Shown: positions 42,602-52,159 of the stretch, in pieces
Position numbering within the stretch: position 1 is the first letter of the stretch
How the letters are laid out: every line of letters begins with the position of its first letter
From: Cyanophora paradoxa CCMP329
Taxonomy: Eukaryota > Plantae > Glaucophyta
Direction: 5' to 3'
Assembly: GCA_004431415.1 (NCBI GenBank)
Contig: QPMI01000224.1
Coordinates: 62,001 to 126,000 of the forward strand
DNA: 64,000 nucleotides
Translations under genes and position numbers: made by a program
The notes under the pieces: model-generated
Seen by the model: the letters and a program-made list of their open reading frames with translations, nothing else
The model's database searches: none
What the model was told of the DNA's origin: nothing

Positions 42602-43121
42602 CGGGCTGCCGGGGGGCCTGGCGAGCGACCACGAGGAGCTGCCCGACGCCCGCGGCCCACAGCAGCGGGCCCCCGAGGAGCACCCCACACGCTGGGCCGG
42701 TCCGCCTCCGCCCGAGCCCCGAACCCCCTACCTCTCACTGCGCGCTGACGGCCCCGGCGCAGCGCCCTCGCGGGTGGCGAAGCGGGTGGTGGAGATCAGC
42801 AGCGACGAAGGGACGAGCGAGGAGGAGGGGGCGAGGGCGGTGCGGCCGTACGGGTCGGCCTCGTCGGGCTCGAGCATGAGCGTCGACTCGGACGTCGAGG
42901 CCGACAACGCCGTCGTGCCCCTCCGCCGCGCCCCGGCCCCCGCCGCGTCGCGCCCCGCCCCGCCCCCGCCCCCCGTCCCCGCTCCCGCCTTCGTCCGCAC
43001 GGCCACGGTGAGCGGCCAGATCAGCGATGACAGCGGCAGCGACGCGGACGCGGACAACGACAGCGAGCCTGACGCGGCGCCTGCCCGCCGCCATCACTCC
43101 AAGCACGCCCGCCGCGGCTAG
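1..43121 (+). CDS. Giant multi-exon cell-surface protein (5' end outside window): ~115 IPT/TIG domains + Cys-rich CPxGxYC repeats + multi-pass TM module + Pro/Ser/acidic tail
   Basis: The + strand ORF fragments repeatedly give IPT motifs (P-x-x-G-x-x-x-GG-T-x-V-T-V-x-G, CxF, CxxP, SxNGxDF) and are joined by short GT-AG introns. Phase-1 introns link the last IPT (33769-34023, ...EVSFNGQDFTYNRLLYSF) to the first Cys repeat (V-KCRGGTFC at 34081). There is no intergenic-like break before the stop TAG at 43119-43121. Confidence 0.8.
350..34023 (+). repeat. Tandem array of IPT/TIG domains (protein-level repeat, ~38-39 triads of ~0.85 kb)
   Basis: Three closing motifs recur in fixed order: NG(V/L/A/F)DF (e.g. 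~3910, ~8339, ~17801, ~19657, ~25002, ~29105, ~31817), (P/A/S)GF-x-x-V, and (L)S(S/T)xxxxCE. Nucleotide-level identity between units is not evident. Confidence 0.8.
34081..36380 (+). repeat. Cysteine-rich repeats (ephrin-receptor-like / GCC2-GCC3 type, CPxG(Y/F)(Y/F)C)
   Basis: CPKGSYC, CPPGYIC, CPPGYYC, CYPGFFC, CPTGYYC, CPAGFEC, CPEGFVC, CPAGFFC, CPAGYFC and others across spliced exons. Confidence 0.85.
37900..39720 (+). other. Multi-pass transmembrane module of the giant protein (~10-11 hydrophobic segments)
   Basis: LPVYLIIFLVVNSLGILICVGIW, VLMTAFVLFDIFGFLYGVLIAW, FGLVLLLCSSYMIFYI, LIFASYGGVVLFVFLM, YSLGVVALLLTPLFLGVIW, FYLLHFAVFVF, YYLLICFGACSVIFC, MLIPIMGLALLF. Confidence 0.75.
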
Positions 43122-43519
43122 CCGCGCATCCCGGCGCATTCCCGCCCCCGGATAAGGAGTTTTCCCCCTTCTTTTTAGGCGCCCTCTCCCTCGGGGGTGC
43201 ACAACTTCATCTTCCTACACGGAAGTACTTATTTTACGACAAAGAAAAGTAAACCTGTAGAGTAGATAGAACAGCCAGCAAGTAGGTATTGAAGACAGAA
43301 AAGAGTGTGGTTAGATATTGGGACCATGTATGTACCGTAGTACCATAGTTTGAATAATGGAATTGAACGAACACATATTTGACCGCAGAGTGACAGCCGT
43401 GGCCACGTGTGCACGGTGTGCATGTGTTAGCCCTGAAGCATTCGTAGAATGCATATGACTAGTCTGACTCAGTGACTCGCGACACACTGTGACACAAGGA
43501 GTACCATATATATGCAAAG

Positions 43520-44520
43520 CCGGTGTGCCCGGGGCCCGCTCTAGATCTAGATCTAGATCTGGGCCCCGCCCCTTGAATCACTGAGTCATTTTAATTTAAA
43601 TTACGTATACAGCTTTAAGGCTTAAAGGCTTCAAATGTTGAACTTCAAGGCTTTGAAATCAATATATATAATATCTATAAAGTTAAAGCTTGAAAAGCCG
43701 CTGAGCCTCGGAGGCTTCGAATTCAAGATCGATATCGATATCGGGCCACTGGGCCACGGGTTCTAGGCTCTAGATCTTATCATGATCTGATTCGCCGAGT
43801 CGATCATGATCATCATGGCATGCATATGCCAGGACAAAATTCAGTCATGACGAGAAGGGCCGGGCCGGGGCTCTTACTACGTAGACGGTACTGCCCTAGT
43901 GCTAGCTATATAGCCACCGTGGCACTCGATGACTGGGCTGCTGCCAGGCTGCCAGTAGGGCCGTGCGGTTCGACGGTCCACAGGATCCGGAGTACTAGTT
44001 GCCCTGCCAGGCCCTGAGGCTGCCAGGCTGGTCCACAGGAGTACTAGTCCGGTCCCAGCATGGCCATATTCATGATTTATATGCATGGCCCAGTTGCATG
44101 CGCAGTGCCGCCGTTCGCGTGCCGCAGTGCCCTGTGTCCGGATCCGAGTGGCCATGGCAGCTGCAGAGAAATCTGGACGATCATGATCATGATCAAGATC
44201 TTGACTCACTTGTACTACGGAACCGATTCTCAGAGTCTAGATCCTGATCATGAGCTCGAGCTCAAGTGGGCGTCACACGGTGGGCGTCACACGGCGTTTT
44301 TATTTCAAGTTTAATTTCCCCGGGCATGCATGCATGCATGCGCAGCGGGGCCGTGATCGACCCCCGGGCCGGGCCCGGGGGGCGGGCCGAGCTCGAGAGC
44401 TAGTCGGACGGCTAGCCCTGACACCCCGATCGCGAGGCCCCGGGGCCCGCGGCCGCTGGGCGGCCTAAAGTCGCTGCAGCGGGACCAGTCCACGTCACGC
44501 ACATGATCATGATCTCCCGA
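43520..44520. repeat. Intergenic spacer saturated with short palindromes and their tandem expansions
   Basis: (CTAGAT)x3 at 43541-43560, GATCGATATCGATATCG ~43727, GATCATGATCATGATC ~44179, GAGCTCGAGCTC ~44252, (GCAT)x4 ~44324, and tandem GTGGGCGTCACACG x2 at ~44266-44293. Confidence 0.7.
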
Positions 44521-44741
44521 TCCGGCGCTTCCCGTTCCCCGCTACCTGCGGATTGAAACTCCGGTTCTTCGGAAATCAAACAGCAGTGAACATGAAACCC
44601 TGTGGCCTGCTGCGACAACCCGCTGAACTGGCGAACGACCTATCTGACTACCTGGGGCGAGGACAAAAAGAGCGACACTGTGAAAGGGGTGGATTGACAA
44701 ATGAAGCTGCAAAGCTGCATCGAGGCCCGCGCCGCGACCCT

Positions 44742-46650
44742 TTAGATAAGGTCGGCGACCTGATTGCGGCGCGACATTGTCAGAGACGGGCGACGCGAGG
44801 TGGGGCGGCAGTCGCGCACGTTCATGGGCATCTCGTCGATCTGAGTGTTGTAGAACTGCTCGATCTCGCGGAGAGAGCGGACGTCGTCGGCGGTGACGAA
44901 GTTGATGGCGACACCCTTGCGCCCGAAACGGCCGGAGCGACCAATGCGGTGGAGGTAGTTCTCGCGGTTGGTCGGAAGGTCGTAGTTGATGACGAGCGAC
45001 ACCTGCGCGAGCGCGGCGTGAGCGGCGCCGGGTCGGCGCTACGCGAGAGGCGGGGCGGCGGACCTGCTGCACGTCGATGCCGCGGGCGAGCAGGTCGGTG
45101 GTGATGAGAACACGGGACGAGCCCGAGCGGAACTCGCGCATGATCAGCTCGCGCTCCTTCTGGTCCATGTCGCCGTGCTGCGTCCCCGCGTCGGCCTAGA
45201 AAAGAAACGGGAAAGGAAGCCCGGCCGCACCATGGCGGAGACGGTGAAGTCGCGAGCCTGCATCTTCTGCGTGAGCCAGTCGACCTTGCGACGGGTGTTG
45301 CAGTAGATGATGGCCTGCCAGCGATGCTCAGCGAGCTAGCAGCCTCCGACAGGAGCGACGAATGCACCTGAGTGATCGTGATGGTCTCGTACAGGTCGCA
45401 CAGGGTGTCGAGCTTCCAGTCCTCCTTCTCGACGGCGATGTAGAACTGCTTGATACCTTCGAGCGCCGTCAGAGGGCTCGGCGAGAAGGAGGCGCAGCGA
45501 GCCGCACCCTCGAGTGTGAGCTCATCGCGCTTCACGAGGATGCGGATGGGGTCGCGCATGAAGCGCTGGGTGATCTCCAGCACCTCCGGGGGCATGGTGG
45601 CGGAGAAGAGCCCGACCTGGATCTTCGACGGCATGTGCTTGAAAACGTCATAGATCTAGTCACAAAGCGGCCCCGTCAGCGGAAGCAACGACGCGCGCCC
45701 AGTGTCCGGACTGACCTGGTCCTTGAAACCGCGGGAAAGCATTTCGTCAGCCTCGTCGAGGATGAACATCTTCATGTAGTCGGTGCGGAGGGCACGGCGC
45801 TGGATCATATCGAACACGCGGCCGGGGGTGCCGACAACAATGTGGACGCCGCTCTCGAGGCGCTTCATGTCCTCGCGGACGTTGGTGCCGCCAATGCAAG
45901 CGTGGCACTGGGCGCTCATGTAGTCGCCGAGGGCGATGACGACCTGAGCGGCCGCGGGCGTTAGCGGTGAGTGGGTTTGTGTGAACAGCGATCACACCTT
46001 CTGGATCTGCTGCGCCAGCTCGCGGGTGGGAGCAAGGAGCAGAGCCTGGCACTCCTTAAGCGAAGTGTCGATGTTCTGCAGGACGCCGATGGCGAAAGTG
46101 GCGGTCTTGCCAGTGCCCGACTGCGCCTGAGCGATGCAGTCGAAGCCGCGCAGCAGAGGGACGATAGCCTGCATTCAGAAGGAATGACGCGATAAGCGTT
46201 CAGTCGCCGCCGGCAATGGCCGCGCGAGGCGCCGCGGCGAGGATCACCCGCTGCTGGATGGCCGACGGCTTCTCGAAACCGTAAGCGTAGATACCGCGGA
46301 GCAGCTCCTCCCGCAGCTTCATGTTGTCGAAGTTGTCCACCACCTCATCCCAGTTGGACTCGATGTCCTGGGCCGAGAGCGAGGAGTCGAGCTGGCCCGC
46401 TCCACCGCCATCCCCACGGGACGGCGCGTCCCGGTCCCTCCCCCCCTCAAAACCGTTCCTGCGCAGAGAGGCCGGGCGCGGCCGCAAATCAGGGCCAGGG
46501 TCGCTGGGCGCCGCGCCGGGCGCTCGCGAAGTATCTAGGCGCGCAGGTTGCGCGCTACTTTGCAAGGTGGCTCATTCCCATCTCTAAACTTCGCTAGCCG
46601 CGCTCGTGGGCCCGCTGCGCTGCGCTTGGCACGCACTTGTTCTCGCTCAT
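44742..46650 (-). CDS. eIF4A: Translation initiation factor 4A (DEAD-box RNA helicase), multi-exon
   Basis: [73 protein letters not shown], and the terminal MPMN|VADLI. The probable first exon is MSENK (46637-46650) followed by a GTGCGT donor; this start is inferred. Confidence 0.97.
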
Positions 46651-46757
46651 GTTCTGGTACTGACCCCCCCGTCGTACTGTACCCCTACGTGGCCCCGCCC
46701 CCGATCTCTCCTCTCGCGAGGCGATGCCTTCTCCTCAAGATCTCTCCACTCGAGGCG

Positions 46758-47422
46758 ATGCGCAAGCGCCGGGACAAGCGCGCCTTCGTGCGGGAGCACT
46801 GGCACGACCCCGAGACCCTGCAGCGCGATGAGTGGTGCGCGTGCGCGCGCGCAGCGCGGAGAAGCGCGGAGAATGATGACGCGTGCGTAGCGCCGAGCTC
46901 AGGGTGCTGGGTTATGTGCTGGCGTTCCTCAACGACTACTTCGCCTCGCTGCCTTCGTCGCTCTTCGTCTTCGTCCTCGCCGACCAGCCGTTCTTCGTCT
47001 TGTATGACTGCACGGTCGCCGGGATTCCGTACCACGTCCGCGGATTCCGTCGGCCCGACATCTTGATCGTCTTGCCCGACCGTGTTATTGTGCTCGATGT
47101 CGACGAGTTGCAGCACGGGATCTTCAACGGTTTTGCAGCGTTCGGACGCTACCTGTTTGCAGAGGAGGCGGCAAGGGAGGAGGAGATCACGGAGGACATC
47201 AAGCAGAAGTACTCGCGGCCTGCAATCTTCATCCGCTACAACCCGCCCGAGCTGTATTCGTGGAGCCGGCCCTGTAACACCAGCATCGAGCAGCTCCGGA
47301 AGACCCTGCGCAACGCCCTGACGACGAGCATCGATGAGGTGCGATGCGCATGCCCTGCGCAACGACAACGCCCTGTCCCGACAACTACCCCATCACTTAC
47401 ACCAAGCTCGGGCGCGCGGGGC
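46758..47422 (+). CDS. Putative PD-(D/E)xK endonuclease, giant-virus (NCLDV)-like family, copy 1
   Basis: After intron 46835-46890 (GT-AG): AELRVLGYV...RRPDILIVLPDRVIVLDVDELQH...PAIFIRYNP. The RPD / (D/E)VDExQH / FIRxNP motif order is the one I recognise from NCLDV endonucleases. The 3' end is unclear because YPITYTKLG lies in another frame. Confidence 0.6.
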
Positions 47423-47548
47423 CCGAGCAGAGAAAGGAGGCGCTCGCCGCGCTCCGTCCCCCAGGGCATCGTCTCTTGCCCGCGCCCGGCCTCCCCGCTC
47501 GCACGCCCCCGCAAGGCAACGGCGCGTCGGACGAGCTCATTGTTGGCC

Positions 47549-48373
47549 ATGTCACGTGTGCTTTACGAGTGGGCGCATCGTTGGGCGCTCGCGCACGGCG
47601 CCGGCCATGTCCTGCAGATCCTGCGGATCTTGCACGACAACCCTGTGGACGGCGACAAGGACCTGTTCGGCAAAGATCGAAAGCGCCCGGGTGCATGCTT
47701 CTTTCTCGTTTATCCTGCTCGCAGACTTCCTGAGCACTTCGTCGCAGACTTCCTGATTGAGTTCGAGCACTTCGTCGTTGTGGTGGAGGTGGACGAGCGC
47801 CAGCAAGCGCGAGCGGAGCGCCAGCGCGAGCGCGAGCGGGAGCGGCAGGCGAAGAAGCGCGAGTGGGAGGCGACGGAGCGCGAGCGGGAGGCGGAGCTGG
47901 AGGCGAAGAAGCGCGAGCGAGTGGAGGCGTTGAAGCGCGAGTGGGAGGCGTTGCAATTGAAGTGGGAGGCGAGTGGGGAGAAGCGCGAGTGGGAGGCGAA
48001 GGAGCGGGAGCGGGAGCGGGAGCGCGAGGCGAAGGAGCGCGAGCGGGAGGCGAAGGAGCGGGAGCGGGAGCGGGAGCGCGAGGCGAAGGAGCGGGAGCGG
48101 GAGCGGGAGCGCGAGGCGAAGGAGCGCGAGCGGGAGGCGAAGGAGCACGAGTGGGAGTGGGAGGCGAGGAAGCACGAGTGGGAGGCGAAGAACCGCGCAG
48201 GCGCCCACCATCTAGGCTCGCTTAGTCGCGGTAGACCTGTGGATCGCGGTAGACGCTAGCTATTCTCTCTTCTCTCTCCTCCTCTCAGCTAGAGTCTCCT
48301 CTCTAGCTAGTCTCCTCAGGCGATGGCATGAACATCTACCCCATCAATTACATCAAGCTCGGGCGCGCGGGGC
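47549..48373 (+). pseudogene. Second, disrupted copy of the same endonuclease
   Basis: LHDNPVDGDKDLFGKDRKRP | intron 47691-47747 | DFLIEFEHFVVVVEVDERQ, then a charged repeat and a stop at 48259. 48336-48373 matches 47385-47422 at 36/38 nt. Confidence 0.55.
47809..48190 (+). repeat. Purine-rich coding minisatellite (GAGCGG / GAGGCGAAG units) encoding E/R/K/W-rich helix
   Basis: Tandem REAKERERERE / KREWEA units. Confidence 0.85.
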
Positions 48374-48449
48374 GCGGGGCACAGTTCGCGGACGTAGCTA
48401 TAGAGCGCGCGCGCGCGACAATGAGGACTTTCGTCGTCAACTAGCTCCG

Positions 48450-49699
48450 ATGCCAGCGCCGCCAAGCTTCGGGTACGGCGGGCCGATCGCCTGGTTCCCG
48501 GGGCATCAGCTGAGCGCCCTGCGGACGATCCGCGGCAAGCTGAAGCAAGTCGATGTCGTTATCGAGGTCCGGGATGCGCGGGTATGTGGCTTCGACGCGA
48601 GCGTGTGCGCGCACGGTTGACCGCAAGCGCAGATACCGGTCTCCTCGGCCAACCCGGAGCTGGCAGCGGCGATACGCGACAAGGCGCGAGTGCTCGTTTT
48701 CAACAAGGCTGATCTTGCAAACCCGAATATGAACCACGTACGCGAATCCCGGAAAGCTCTACCGATGTCGAATCGCTGAAGATGTCGAGCCCGCAGCGTG
48801 TGCAGCAGCTGCTCGATGCTGCCGGCCAGGCTGCTGTTTTCACGACGGCCACGGAGCGCGGATCAAATGTTGAGAAGGTGCGCTCTGCGCTTTGCACTAC
48901 CCACGGGTCCAACGACTTCTGCAGATCGTCCCGCTGGCTCTGGGGGGTGTACCACGCAGAGCTGCAGGCACGCCCTACCAGCTTCTCGTGATCGGAATGC
49001 CCAACCTTGGAAAGTCATCCTTGATTAACGCCATCAGGAGAAAGTTCGGAGGAATCGGTCCGCTCTCTGCTTTGGAGCAATTACTTATACGAAGCTCACT
49101 CCCTGACAGGAGGGGCTGGTGCAAAGACTGGCGGCATTCCTGGAATCACAAGACGTGTTGCTGGCTTTGTCGTAAGCAGAGATCCTTACGCCGTCCTCCA
49201 TGATACTCCGGGCATCATGGTTCCTCGTATAGAGTGCAAGGATGTTGGCCTCAGGCTCGCTGTCACTGGTGCATCGCTCCCTCGTTCTTCCAGTTTGCCG
49301 TTTTGCTGAAATGATGCAGGTGCAATCAAGGACCACCTTGTTGGCGAAGAGATCATGGCGGATTTTCTGCTGCATTCAATCAATGCGACCGGCTCAGCTG
49401 CGTATGCAAAAGCTGTCGGGCTCAAGCAAGCTACCGAGGATGTATCCATTTTGCTTCAACACATTGCAACAGCCCAGGGATTCTTTTCAGGTGGGAAGGA
49501 CGGTAGCACCAAGACTCCGGATGTTCTTGCTGCAGCAAAGTGGTTTCTGAGACAGTACAGAGGAGGCCTCATTGGGCGCTACACTCTTGACAGCATCGAC
49601 TCCTCAGTCACGGCAGAGGATGTGATGAACCCGAGAATAACCGATGCCTCTTCCGACTCGGATCCCGAAGCACTATCACCTGGAGAAGCAGCAAACTAG
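48450..49699 (+). CDS. Circularly permuted ribosome-biogenesis GTPase, RbgA/YlqF/MTG1 family, multi-exon
   Basis: AWFPGH, VDVVIEVRDAR|IPVSSANP, NKADL, GMPNLGKSSLIN, DTPG, and C-terminal FLRQYRGGLIGRYTLD. Confidence 0.92.
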
Positions 49700-49819
49700 G
49701 GCTTCTCTATGCATAAACAGTGCTGGACGGTGGACTCACTTGCTCGTGCTCATGGCTCTGGTGCTTTCCCGACCCCCATGCATATGCCCTGCAATGGTAT
49801 GGCTGAAGCCTGAGCAGTT

Positions 49820-49946
49820 CTGATCGACTCGTGGTGCTGGCACCGTGGAATTAGAGTTCCTGCTGATCGTTATTGTATGTGGGAGAAGAAGACATGCTCA
49901 AGCAGCAAACCAGATTGAAAGAAGGTTCTCGAAATCACTTGCGCCT
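49820..49946 (-). pseudogene. Degenerate duplicate of an exon-intron-exon fragment of the gene at 62679-62799
   Basis: About 80% identical by eye, including the shared core AAGCAGCAAACCAGATTGAAAGAAGGTT. The intron GT...AG is retained. Confidence 0.75.
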
Positions 49947-50761
49947 CATGATTTTGCCTAGCTAAATGTAGCATGCTTGTCACTGCATGGATAGTGCTGC
50001 AGACCGATAGCTCGCAATCCTTTTCAATTTCAATCATCGGATTTCCGAATTTCGATTTCGAATGCCGTCGGATTTTTGATTTCAAATACAAATCGAAATC
50101 GTACCCGATTTGTCTGACTTCGAATTCCCGAGTGGCGCCAATGCGTTCAACGGTTCTTCACAACAAGCTACAGGGTACCGGGCAGCAAACGATATAGCTT
50201 TTATTGTGCGAATTTTCATAGATGGACTTCGCGATCGGCCGGCCAGCTCGCGCGCGCTGGTGGGCTGGGCCCGCGGCCGCGGCGGCCGCGGCCGCAGCCT
50301 GGCAGTGTACATCCCACACTTGCAATTGTGTCCAGTGATTTCCGAAGTTCGCTTAAGCTTGAAAGTACGCCTCGCGTGCCCACATATGTCTGTTAGCCTA
50401 CTACGTATAGTAGGCTAGGCCGCGCAGCCTAGCCTCATGCAGTTGGCGCCCAGTAGTTAAACGTTAGCGCAGTGCGCATACTTGCACTTGCTTGTACTCC
50501 TTCTGTTGCAAACTGGCGTATTGTCCACGGGGATTGGGTCTCACAGGAAGGGTCTCTAGTTCAAGCCCCTCCGCCTCGCCCACATGCGCCCGTTACATAC
50601 CAAAAGTACTTGAAGTGGATCGAGAATTACTAAGTGGACGGACAGCGGTCACACGACCAAGCGCAACCCGTTGCGTGTCAAAAGATAGTCCTATTAGTTT
50701 ACAAAAGCTTATCCCACAGGATAAACCCCGAAGAACAAGCCAAGAAAGGGCGTCGAGTTTT

Positions 50762-51829
50762 CTACTTCCACCACGGGGCCTGCGCGCAGTTTGATCAGAT
50801 GTAGAAGTTTGTTTGGAAAAGAAAACGAGCGCACGGTGTTGGTGCGGAAGTCAGTCTCAGTCCAGGGCTCGAACGCGACGACGCCGTCCTCGAGGACGCT
50901 GACGTGGGCGAGGGCGAGGGAGAGGGGAGCAGGGCCGCGGACGACCTTGCCGGTGCTGCGAAGGGCGTGAGGTGGGGGCGTGAGGTGGGGGCGGAGCGGC
51001 GGCCGGGCAGGTGGCGTGCGCACCGGTCGTACTGGGAGCCGTGGCACGGGCACATGAACTTGTTCTCCGACGCGTTCCACGGGACGACGCACCCAAGGTG
51101 AGTGCAGACGGCGTTGAGGCCGTAATTCTCGAGGGTGCCGTCCTCCTTGACGATCAGGTAGGTGGCATCGCCCTTCAGGCCCTGGGCGAGCGACCGGTCG
51201 CCGGGCTTGTGGGTCTCGAGCCAGCTCGAGACCTTGACGTCGTTGCCGAGGGCGTCCTTAGCGGCCTGGCCGGCGCCAGCACCGCCACCGGCCTTGGGCG
51301 GCACGAGGAAGCTCACGAACGGGCCACCAGCGCCAGCAACGGGGCCAGCGATGGCGCCGAGGAGGAGCAGGTTCATGAGCTTGCGCTTGCCCATATCGGG
51401 GACATCGTCCGAGGCAGCACTGCACGAGACCGAGAAGGTGGTCTCCTTCGCGGGCTTCGCCGCAGCGAACACCGGCTTGAACGAGCCGACCTGCGCGGTA
51501 GAACGCAACCGAATAAGCACAACTACATCGCTCTTCGATGGCCAGCCGAGGTTCCCGCCGCCGGCCGCCAGCCGGCCGCCCAAAAAATCGTGCGCGCAGC
51601 GCGTGCCACGCCCCTATTCGCCCCGGCCGGCGGACAACTGACCTGCTTGCTGGTGCCGACGGCAACGGTCTTGCCGTTCTGGATGGCTGGAGGGCCAGGC
51701 CGCGGTCAGCACGCGCGACGGCGGGACCGACGGTTCGAAGTCGGCCGGGGCGCCCGCACCGCAAGTCGAAGACTGGCCAGTGATCTTAGCGCCGCGCGGG
51801 GCGACGACGGCGGTGGTGGTGAAGGCCAT
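50762..51829 (-). CDS. petC: Cytochrome b6f Rieske iron-sulfur subunit, nuclear-encoded with plastid transit peptide
   Basis: [15 protein letters not shown]... transit peptide, then [43 protein letters not shown], and spliced end TDFRTNT|APWWK*. Confidence 0.98.
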
Positions 51830-52159
51830 GTTTCCAATCTGCTGCACAATCCCGAAGGGAGAACTGTGTACCCGGCCGAGCGGGCTACGTCAAACAAGAC
51901 GTAAGGCACCACCCCACGGGGCCACGCGGGGCACGCACACCACGGGCCACGCGGGGCACGCACGCGCACGCTCTCGCGCGTAGGGAGCCTGAGGCAAGAC
52001 GCTACTACATTGCCCCAGGAGGCTAGACTTGGATAGTTGGCTAGTCTTAGCTAGACTTTGCTAGACTAGAGTCCCGGCTGCCAGCGCTGGAGTCTCTTAG
52101 CTGACTTCTTTTGATGTGTCTAAGCTGAAGCTAGCTGTCATCTGCCGGCAAAGGAAGCG

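Noticed and set aside
35351-43202. Long minus-strand and alternative-frame ORFs (300-500 aa)
   Set aside because: Shadow ORFs of very GC-rich coding DNA, Arg/Gly/Pro-rich with no motifs.
43200-44560. Spacer as a tRNA/ncRNA locus or MITE
   Set aside because: I could not identify a cloverleaf, box motifs, terminal inverted repeats or a target-site duplication; the short ORFs there lack coding character.
47985-48190. Regular repeats as a CRISPR array or telomeric tract
   Set aside because: No unique spacers and no cas genes; it is a coding minisatellite.
51492-51642. Longer-than-usual petC intron (and eIF4A intron 46459-46636) as snoRNA hosts
   Set aside because: No convincing C/D or H/ACA box arrangement is visible.
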